This document shows, one piece after another, positions 20,801 through 27,275 of a stretch of DNA of 64,000 nucleotides (positions are counted from its first letter, which is position 1; each line of letters begins with the position of its first letter). The stretch is from a virus (lineage: Duplodnaviria; Caudoviricetes): IMG/VR virus record IMGVR_UViG_3300042539_001740; one strand, given 5' to 3'. The notes beneath the pieces were generated by a model. It made no database searches, was not told where the DNA came from, and was given only the letters and a program-made list of their open reading frames with translations. Both the position numbers and the translations under genes were made by a program.

Positions 20801-20997
20801 TTGACCACCTAATCAGTTTAATACCAAAAGAAGGTTTAGAAGAAACAATAGATGAGGATGGATTTTTAAGTCCAAAAGATACACAATTTTCGATGAATTA
20901 TGACCAAGTAACACCATATCACGGAATTGTTATTAAACATTTATTGGAAGAAATTGAAAACCTTAAAAAAGAGATTGAGAGTTTAAAGAATAAATAA
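17899..20997 (+). CDS. Long tail fibre with C-terminal intramolecular chaperone (Peptidase_S74)
   Basis: FSDERMKDI cleavage motif, PIKYTWK, GYSAQQV, MNYDQVTP and a terminal coiled coil. Internal BclA-C/C1q-like segment (AYGSF...GIYSIGYSGQI) and VTGGT modules. Confidence 0.85.
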   Translation: MSFPYKNPISPNQLLGQQSLERTKTFGTSYSTLSTGGYMEVYSLDQLYYTIPPSTFGPIEFSGNSIPITFSKGSGTTFSYDTLTLQPDNISSGRRKQGMLVYVKEVDQVYQYSINNYETLWNNATGSTGTTIISDFGTTIRANSPENITFINSWTANTIDGVGGVTRANAVWKKYHGTNLAITGGSYNSITNTLTLTNITGGTQNITGFGGGGGGGATITGGTFDKNTETLTLSSSGGSIFITGFTDVYTTGGTFDNGAKSLELYDNSGNTITITGFTSVTGLTGAGAYGSFSDTTNQPVSGANIETVWTYNTTEISNGIYISGGSKIRVSQYGIYSIGYSGQIEKTQGGTATDVTIWAKINGNNVDRSSSTTTLVSNSAYILPFVSYIFELYPNDYLEFYFSAPSQYVQLTTLSGLTSPTRPDSPSVIIVAQSVLGTTATFTGNTSATCITDLYVENLYGCSPINVNDLLIGNSGITTSSLTGTTIRNNFIVDSGNTITIKNSNRQLMDTSGVVSVDWSNRTINDSGNNISIDWENRKAKDTLGNNSIDWESKGLIDSTNTNSVGWDSRRAYDSLGGTSLDWESKDLYDSSSVISLNYNSRTLTDSGSNILLDWQNGIADLSSLYSTNISANTISATTYQNLPTEVFVTGATYSNNTITFTNNTGGTFNVLFNTFTGATINGNLSVTGSTSSSSFSGSSDTITGSKGSVITSGSSTTAFINVSGSNTVGGTGYTDFIRVTNTAAGATNINKTIRVNNNGRLEFLNSAYTFQTLNLSDNGILSVGGDNFAGTSSSDGVSNYLQFGNNASQIYDDGNFHIHSRSAGQSMWINTNGGQLNLLTQAPLAGASIGSGIAIATTSLNGYVTINTGRTVTTAAAYGFLTTGGAGTYPGGSQSVSISLYANNRIWGQEIDAFSDERMKDIQGEITLEEGVKLVNNLIPIKYTWKEGDDKDIKAGYSAQQVSKAGFDHLISLIPKEGLEETIDEDGFLSPKDTQFSMNYDQVTPYHGIVIKHLLEEIENLKKEIESLKNK
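19426..19752 (+). repeat. Seven ~15-16-aa tandem repeats (D-S-x-G-x-x-S-(I/V/L)-D-W-x-x-R) in the fibre
   Basis: SVDWSNR, SIDWENR, SIDWESK, SVGWDSR, SLDWESK, SLNYNSR, LLDWQNG. Confidence 0.85.
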
Positions 20998-21052
20998 TTT
21001 AATTAAATCTATTCTTTCCATCCAATTTTTATATTTTTTGTATAAAAATTCA

Positions 21053-22303
21053 ATGTCAACTATATTCGTACAAATAGCGGCCTTTAGAGACCCCCAACTT
21101 AATCCCACCTTACAAGATATGATTTTCAAAGCCAAGTATCCTGAGAACTTGAGGGTTGGTATTTGTAATCAATATAATGAAGAAGATAATTTCAATTTAG
21201 ATGAATACAGAAATGATGATAGATTTAGAATCATTGATGTGTTAGATAAGGAATCATTGGGTGTATGTTGGGCAAGACATAGTGTGCAACAATTATATTC
21301 AGGTGAAACATATACATTACAGATTGATTCTCATATGAGATTTGAACAAGATTGGGATGTTACCTTAATTGATATGATTAATAGTTTACAGTTAAGTGGT
21401 TACAGTAAACCATTGTTAACTGGTTATGTATCTTCATTTGACCCAGATAATGACCCTGAAGGTAGAGTGAATGAACCTTGGAGAATGACCTTTGATAGAT
21501 TTATACCTGAAGGTGCTGTATTCTTTTTACCTGAAGTTATACCAGGATGGCAAGAACTAACAAGTCCAATTCCCGCAAGATTTTATTCAGCTCATTTCTG
21601 TTTTACATTAGGTGAGTTTAGTAATGAAGTTCAACATGACCCTGAATACTATTTCCACGGAGAAGAAATTAGTGTTGGTGTTAGAGCATTCACTCACGGA
21701 TATGATTTATTCCATCCACATAGAGTTGTTATTTGGCACGAGTATACCAGAAAAGGTAGAACGAAACAATGGGATGTTGATAAGGTTTGGTTTAAGAAGA
21801 ATGAAAAATCACACGCAAGAAATAGAAGATTGTTTGGTATGGATGGTGAAATATTTAACCCTGAAGAGTTTGGTAAATACGGATTTGGTACTGAAAGAAC
21901 TTTAGAAGATTATGAGAAATACGCAGGTATTAAGTTTAATAAAAGAGGAGTACAAAAATATACAACAGATAAATACTATCCACCAAATCCATATAATTTT
22001 GAGACAGAGGAAGATTATTTAAATAGTTTTGCGAGCGTGTTCAAACATTGTATTGATGTTGGATTTACATCTGTACCTGAAAAAGATTATGATTTTTGGG
22101 TTGTAGCATTCCACGACTCAAAAGATGAAACGATGTTTAGACAAGATGCTGACATTAATGAAATAAACAGAGTAATGCAAGACCCTGATGGATATTGTAA
22201 GATATGGAGAGAGTTTAATACGATTCAAAAACCAGCATATTGGGTTGTATGGCCACATTCAAAATCAAAAGGGTGGTGTGATAGATTAACTGGTAATTTG
22301 TAA
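21053..22303 (+). CDS. GT60/Gnt-like (Skp1-hydroxyproline / polypeptide) alpha-GlcNAc transferase with extra C-terminal domain
   Basis: IFVQIAAFRDP, LRVGIC.Q, GVCWARH..QQLY.GE.Y.LQIDSHMRF (DxH motif) and FHGEE match the GlcNAc-transferase family (PF11397-like). ATG at 21053 preferred over the TTG at 21038. Confidence 0.85.
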   Translation: MSTIFVQIAAFRDPQLNPTLQDMIFKAKYPENLRVGICNQYNEEDNFNLDEYRNDDRFRIIDVLDKESLGVCWARHSVQQLYSGETYTLQIDSHMRFEQDWDVTLIDMINSLQLSGYSKPLLTGYVSSFDPDNDPEGRVNEPWRMTFDRFIPEGAVFFLPEVIPGWQELTSPIPARFYSAHFCFTLGEFSNEVQHDPEYYFHGEEISVGVRAFTHGYDLFHPHRVVIWHEYTRKGRTKQWDVDKVWFKKNEKSHARNRRLFGMDGEIFNPEEFGKYGFGTERTLEDYEKYAGIKFNKRGVQKYTTDKYYPPNPYNFETEEDYLNSFASVFKHCIDVGFTSVPEKDYDFWVVAFHDSKDETMFRQDADINEINRVMQDPDGYCKIWREFNTIQKPAYWVVWPHSKSKGWCDRLTGNL

Positions 22304-22304
22304 A

Positions 22305-22997
22305 ATGTTTGATATTCGTAAGGTAAAAAAAATAGTAATAAACTTAGAAAGGAGACCCGATAGATTAAAGTTATTCAAAGACGAAATGGATTTTATTGGT
22401 TGGGAGTATGATATTTTTAAGGCGATTGATTATGGTAGTTATTTAGGTTGTGCTTACTCTCACTTAAAAATATTAGAGGACTTCTTAGCTACTGATGAGA
22501 AATACATTATGATATTTGAGGACGATTGTTATTTTATGCCTTATGTAAAAGAACAATTGGAAAAATCACTATTTGAGTTGAGTGAAGTAGATTGGGATTA
22601 TTTTCATTTAGGACCTAGTATAAATTGTCCTGTTAATAATTTCTCCAACCATTTACTAAATCTTAGTGAATTACCAAAACAAGAAGAACACCATAGGGGA
22701 ATCTATAATACTGTTTGTTATATTATTAATAGGAAGTTTGCTCAGATGGCTATAATATGGAATGAAAAAAATCAAAAAGCTATTGACCAATATTATTATG
22801 AAGACATTTTTAAAGAACTAAAGTGTTTCGCCCCATCTTTACCTTTAGTAACTCAAAGAGTGGGGTTCTCTGATATCAATAAAACCACCGATAACAATCA
22901 TTATTTAATAACTTACAACTGGAACTTGTATACTAAGAACAAATTAGATATACAATATTACGATATAAATTATTGTGAAAACCTGAAATACTCATAA
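22305..22997 (+). CDS. GT25-family glycosyltransferase
   Basis: VINLERRPDRL, GCAYSHL and IFEDD motifs. Confidence 0.8.
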   Translation: MFDIRKVKKIVINLERRPDRLKLFKDEMDFIGWEYDIFKAIDYGSYLGCAYSHLKILEDFLATDEKYIMIFEDDCYFMPYVKEQLEKSLFELSEVDWDYFHLGPSINCPVNNFSNHLLNLSELPKQEEHHRGIYNTVCYIINRKFAQMAIIWNEKNQKAIDQYYYEDIFKELKCFAPSLPLVTQRVGFSDINKTTDNNHYLITYNWNLYTKNKLDIQYYDINYCENLKYS

Positions 22998-22998
22998 T

Positions 22999-23877
22999 AT
23001 GAAAACATTATTCCTAACTTGTATATACAATAACTTATTTGGTACTGAGTTTGGTGGTAGACCTAGTAGAGAAGAACATTATAAATATAGCTTGTTATCA
23101 CTATTGAGAATGACAAGTGCCGATTTTATTTGTTATACAAATCCAAGTGATTTGTCAAATCTGGAACATTTTTTTCATAATCAAAATGGAATATCAAAAG
23201 ATAAATTAAAATTCATTCCTTTCAAACTAAAGGATACAAAACATCATCATATTTTTTCGAAGTACAAAGACATTGATACGATAAAGAATGGTGATAGATG
23301 TTTTGAAATTCAGTACAATAAGTTTTTTTGGTTTTTCAATGAAACGTTAAGTTACGACAACTATTATTGGATAGATGCAGGTCTAAGTCATTGTGGTATT
23401 ATTCCCGACAAGTATTTGGTGAACAATAACACTTATCAAAGATATTTTAATTCTTACTTTTTTGATGACACCTTTTTAGATAGGTTAATTGAAAAATCGA
23501 AGGACAAGATTTTAGTAATTGGTAAATCTAATACTGGCTCAAATTTTTGGTCGAATACTTTACCCAATGAATATTATATAGAATACGATAGTTCGTATCA
23601 TATAATTGGTGGTTTATTTGGTGGAACAAAAAAAGTTATGAAAAAATTTGTTGAGGAGTTTGAAAGGATTTTCTTGTGGGTTACTGAAAAAGAAAAAAAA
23701 CTATATTCTGAGGAACAAATTATGACCACAATCTTTATGAATAATAAAGAATGGTTTAATTTATTTTCATTCGATGTTTGGTGGCACGAAAACAATTTAA
23801 CACCTGATTGTCCATCAAATTATTTAACAATTAACAAAAGTTTTTATAAAAGTTTGGAGGATATAAAAGGTGAATAA
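22999..23877 (+). CDS. HtrL/WlaTC-like glycosyltransferase
   Basis: YYWIDAG, IIGGLFGG and SEEQIM motifs; paralogous to the N-terminal half of the next ORF. Confidence 0.65.
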   Translation: MKTLFLTCIYNNLFGTEFGGRPSREEHYKYSLLSLLRMTSADFICYTNPSDLSNLEHFFHNQNGISKDKLKFIPFKLKDTKHHHIFSKYKDIDTIKNGDRCFEIQYNKFFWFFNETLSYDNYYWIDAGLSHCGIIPDKYLVNNNTYQRYFNSYFFDDTFLDRLIEKSKDKILVIGKSNTGSNFWSNTLPNEYYIEYDSSYHIIGGLFGGTKKVMKKFVEEFERIFLWVTEKEKKLYSEEQIMTTIFMNNKEWFNLFSFDVWWHENNLTPDCPSNYLTINKSFYKSLEDIKGE

Positions 23878-25543
23878 TTTAACATTAGTAACAGGATTAT
23901 GGGATATAGGTAGAGACCAATTAACTGAAGGTTGGTCAAGAACATACCAACACTATTTAGATAAGTTTGAAAGTTTACTCAAATTAGATGTAAACTTAAT
24001 AATATTTGGTGATACCGACTTACAAAGATTTGTAGAACAAAGAAGAGATTCACATAACACACAATTCATAATAAGACCAAAAGATTGGTTCATTAATAAT
24101 GAGTTCTATCCAAAGATACAAAAGATTAGGCAAGACCCAAGTTGGTACAATCAAGTTGGTTGGTTAAAAGATTCAACCCAAGCAAAACTTGAAATGTATA
24201 ATCCTTTGGTTATGTCCAAAATGTTCTTACTAAATGATGCAAGAATATTGGATAAGTTTAACTCAGATTATATGTTTTGGATTGATGCTGGTATTACAAA
24301 CACAATTCATCCTGGTTATTTTACCCACGATAAAGTATTAGACAAATTACCCAAATATGTAGATAGATTCCATTTCGTTTGTTTCCCTTATGAAACAAGT
24401 ACAGAGATTCACGGATTTGAAATAAATGCGATGAATAATTACACCAAAACAAAAACAAACAGAGTTGCAAGGGGTGGTTTCTTTGGTGGAAAAAAAGAAA
24501 GAATCAATGATATGAACTCATTGTATTATATGTTACTTAATGATTCATTATCAAAAGGATTTATGGGCACTGAAGAATCCATATTCACAATAATGACTTA
24601 TCTATATCCCCAACATATCAACTATTCAATGATAGAGGGTAATGGATTGATGGGTAAGTTTTTTGAGGATTTGAAGAACGACACATTGGAAGTATTAAAT
24701 GAAACACCTGAACCAATCAAATATCAAAGTAATGATATATCTAAGGTGGGTTTATATGTTATCACATTCAACTCACCAAAACAATTTGAGACCTTAATAA
24801 AATCAATGTTAGAATATGATAGGGATTTTATAACCAAACCAAGAAAGTTTTTGTTGGATAACTCAACAGATTTATCAACAACACCAAGATATAAAGAATT
24901 GTGTGAACAATATGGATTTGAACATATAAAGAAAGATAATATTGGCATAATGGGGGGTAGGATATTTGTTGCCGAACATTTTAATGATACCGATTTAGAT
25001 TTCTACTGGTTTTGGGAAGATGATATGTTTTTCTATCCAAAGAATGAAACTTGTAAAAATGGATTTAATAGATATGTAATCAACTTATATCAAAAAAGTT
25101 TAGAGATTATTCAAAAAGAAAAGTTCGATTTTCTTAAACTAAATTATACGGAGTTTTATGGTGACAATGGAACACAGTGGGCGTGGTACAATGTACCCCA
25201 AGATTTTAGACAAAAACATTGGCCAAACAATCCAAAACTTCCACAGATGGGATTAGACCCAAATGCACCTAAAACAAAGTTTGAATTCATCAGTACTCAT
25301 AAAGGTGTACCATATGTAGGTGGAGAAATCTACCTATCAAATTGGCCAATCGTTTTAAGTAAAGAAGGTAATTATAAATGTTATTTGGAAACAAAATGGG
25401 CTCACCCATTCGAACAGACCCTCATGTCGTATTGTTACCAAGAAACAATAAAAGGGAAAATTAAACCTGGTTTATTGTTGTTAACCCCCACCGAGCACAA
25501 TAGGTTCGACCATTACGATTCAAAATTGAGAAAAGAAAATTAA
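23870..25543 (+). CDS. Bifunctional HtrL/WlaTC-like + GT-A (GT2-like) glycosyltransferase
   Basis: N-terminal TLVTGLWDIGR, YNPLVMSK, FWIDAG, GGFFGG, TEESIF; C-terminal LYVITFNS...FWEDDMFF. Confidence 0.7.
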   Translation: MNNLTLVTGLWDIGRDQLTEGWSRTYQHYLDKFESLLKLDVNLIIFGDTDLQRFVEQRRDSHNTQFIIRPKDWFINNEFYPKIQKIRQDPSWYNQVGWLKDSTQAKLEMYNPLVMSKMFLLNDARILDKFNSDYMFWIDAGITNTIHPGYFTHDKVLDKLPKYVDRFHFVCFPYETSTEIHGFEINAMNNYTKTKTNRVARGGFFGGKKERINDMNSLYYMLLNDSLSKGFMGTEESIFTIMTYLYPQHINYSMIEGNGLMGKFFEDLKNDTLEVLNETPEPIKYQSNDISKVGLYVITFNSPKQFETLIKSMLEYDRDFITKPRKFLLDNSTDLSTTPRYKELCEQYGFEHIKKDNIGIMGGRIFVAEHFNDTDLDFYWFWEDDMFFYPKNETCKNGFNRYVINLYQKSLEIIQKEKFDFLKLNYTEFYGDNGTQWAWYNVPQDFRQKHWPNNPKLPQMGLDPNAPKTKFEFISTHKGVPYVGGEIYLSNWPIVLSKEGNYKCYLETKWAHPFEQTLMSYCYQETIKGKIKPGLLLLTPTEHNRFDHYDSKLRKEN

Positions 25544-25561
25544 AAAAAAATCAATAAAAGT

Positions 25562-25592
25562 TTTGGATATTTATAAAGAGATTGTATCTTTG
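25562..25592 (+). promoter_or_regulatory. Bacteroidota-type sigma promoter TTTG-N19-TATCTTTG, with an embedded TATTTAT
   Basis: tttg 25562-25565, tatctttg 25585-25592, tatttat 25568-25574. Confidence 0.65.
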
Positions 25593-25597
25593 TAAAA

Positions 25598-25805
25598 CAA
25601 TAAAGGGTTAGAATAATGGTCTTGGTTGATGACTTTCCTTAAAGTTAGGGTGTGTGGGCAACTCCTGATAGTCGAAAATGATAGACAGCTTGATTACATC
25701 GAAAGATGGTGACTATTGGCTCTCTGGTATATAGCCAAACCAGCGTGTCTCCAAAGTACGAAAATTGGAAACTTGAAAAGGGTGAGAATTATTCTCACCT
25801 TTTTA
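25598..25805 (+). ncRNA. Candidate structured non-coding RNA (~200 nt)
   Basis: GC-enriched island with no plus-strand ATG ORF longer than about 18 codons, bounded by a promoter and a terminator. Nested helices include catc-GAAA-gatg, ttggct/agccaa, agaca-gc/gc-g-tgtct and aagtt/aactt. Confidence 0.5.
25781..25805. terminator. Probably bidirectional intrinsic terminator
   Basis: ggtgagaat/attctcacc inverted repeat flanked by A- and T-tracts, between the candidate RNA and a convergent ORF. Confidence 0.75.
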
Positions 25806-26381
25806 TATTGTATATTTACCGCAATACTCATAATTTTTATCACGCATTTCAACCCCTTTAATTTGAGTTTTCAATGTTATCCTATATCTTTTACTTTCAA
25901 AGATATTCTTATGGACAACGAATGCGACTGTATATGGTACTATTTTCCCATTCTTGGTTATAGAATCTGTTTTGATAGTAAAACAAAGTTCTTTCTTGTT
26001 ATCCCAATTATTATTAACAATCGTATCATAAATTGAGGGTATTGATTTAAAAACTAAATCGACACCTTCGGTGGTAAAAGGATTGTATATATCAGGGTTA
26101 TTTTTGTTTTCTGGTTCGTCCTTTCTTCTATATCTACTACAATAATGGTCAGTTTGTTCAACAGTAAATCTACTTCTTTTATATTTGTAACTTTTTAATT
26201 CATCGTAATAACTCTCTATTATTTTTTTAGCATAATTAAATAGACCATCATTACATTTTAGTGTTGTTGACCCTTCATTTAATAAAATGAGATGATTTAA
26301 TTCATTTATGGAAATTTCTTTCACATAGATTTTTTTAGGGTAAAATTCCTCAAATAATATTTTTCTTATCAATTTTTCCAT
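25803..26381 (-). CDS. Hypothetical protein
   Basis: ORF-track ORF; ATG at 26381 (MEKLIRKILFEE) is preferred because it lies just downstream of a minus-strand TATTTAT. Confidence 0.7.
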   Translation of the reverse strand: MEKLIRKILFEEFYPKKIYVKEISINELNHLILLNEGSTTLKCNDGLFNYAKKIIESYYDELKSYKYKRSRFTVEQTDHYCSRYRRKDEPENKNNPDIYNPFTTEGVDLVFKSIPSIYDTIVNNNWDNKKELCFTIKTDSITKNGKIVPYTVAFVVHKNIFESKRYRITLKTQIKGVEMRDKNYEYCGKYTI

Positions 26382-26387
26382 ACAAAT

Positions 26388-26414
26388 ATAAATACCATAC
26401 AAAAGAGTATTTAT
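26388..26414. promoter_or_regulatory. Back-to-back TATTTAT motifs (ATAAATA-N13-TATTTAT)
   Basis: ataaata 26388-26394 and tatttat 26408-26414 between divergent genes. Confidence 0.6.
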
Positions 26415-26427
26415 ATATAAAAACTAA

Positions 26428-27180
26428 ATGGAATTCTTTATTAAAAAGAACGCAACCCTACCCCTCCTTAAGCTTCAGGTGGTGAAGAATGGCAGATTGG
26501 ATTATGATAATTTTATGTCGTTAATCGAAGAATCGGCATTATTCTTTTCAATGATGGATGTGGAGACTGGTGTTCCAAAGATTACATCGAGACCTGCGGG
26601 ATTTGTTGAAAAAACAAATGTTGACCCTAATGCTGACCCTGAATATTATTTATACTATCAATTTCAAAATAGAGACACAAATAGAGTAGGAAGATTCGAG
26701 GGTCAATTTATGTTAAGAAGTTCTGATGGTGTATTAATTTTACCTATTAGAGAAAAGTTATATATTAATGTACAAGAATCTTATATTGCTGATGATTTGG
26801 AATATGATAGTTGTTATGTATCAGAGTTTCCTTGTTGTATAAATGGCCCTGCAACTGGACTAACAATTAATCTTAATTTAACAAGTATTGTAACATCAGG
26901 TTCAGTAAATGTTGATTATGTTATAACTTCATCACAACAATTAAACAATCAATTAGATTTAACTTTCACAAATACATTAGGTCAAATAACTGGTACAGGT
27001 ATTACAATTACATCAGCAATAACAATTAATTCAGGTACAACAATAGGATATGCTCAAGTTATAACTGGTGATGATTATACGGATTTAGATGGTACATCAG
27101 TATTCACTAATTTAGCTGTAACTTATCCTATTTCCTACACTTTCGACATAACCACTAATAGTATTTTTCCTGATTTGTAA
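26428..27180 (+). CDS. Putative structural protein (BppU-like/Ig-like N-terminal domain)
   Basis: MEFFIKKNATLPLLKLQV...GRFEGQF...LILP followed by a Thr-rich beta domain. Confidence 0.5.
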   Translation: MEFFIKKNATLPLLKLQVVKNGRLDYDNFMSLIEESALFFSMMDVETGVPKITSRPAGFVEKTNVDPNADPEYYLYYQFQNRDTNRVGRFEGQFMLRSSDGVLILPIREKLYINVQESYIADDLEYDSCYVSEFPCCINGPATGLTINLNLTSIVTSGSVNVDYVITSSQQLNNQLDLTFTNTLGQITGTGITITSAITINSGTTIGYAQVITGDDYTDLDGTSVFTNLAVTYPISYTFDITTNSIFPDL

Positions 27181-27213
27181 TTTGACTTAATTAGTTCTTC
27201 ATTTTATATTTAT
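27181..27213 (+). promoter_or_regulatory. polB promoter: TTTGACT-N17-TATATTTAT
   Basis: ttgact 27182-27187, tatatt 27205-27210, overlapping tatttat 27207-27213. Confidence 0.55.
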
Positions 27214-27227
27214 AAGGACAAGGTAAA

Positions 27228-27256
27228 TGTCATCCAGTATGACAGCTAATATACTG
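27228..27256 (+). promoter_or_regulatory. H-type RNA pseudoknot in the polB leader
   Basis: S1 tgtca(27228-32)/tgaca(27240-44); L1 tc; S2 cagta(27235-39)/tactg(27252-56); L3 7 nt; ends 19 nt before the ATG. Confidence 0.5.
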
Positions 27257-27275
27257 AACTTATAAAAATATAATA

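Noticed and set aside
21053-22303. Complete Skp1-type pathway (prolyl hydroxylase + Gnt1)
   Set aside because: No 2OG-Fe(II) prolyl hydroxylase is present in this window, so hydroxyproline as the acceptor is unsupported here; Thr/Ser acceptors are the more economical hypothesis.
25598-25805. Assignment of the candidate RNA to tRNA, hammerhead ribozyme, c-di-GMP riboswitch or group I intron
   Set aside because: Only fragments resemble them (ctgatag, gggcaac, gacta...atatagcc), and spacing and core nucleotides do not fit.
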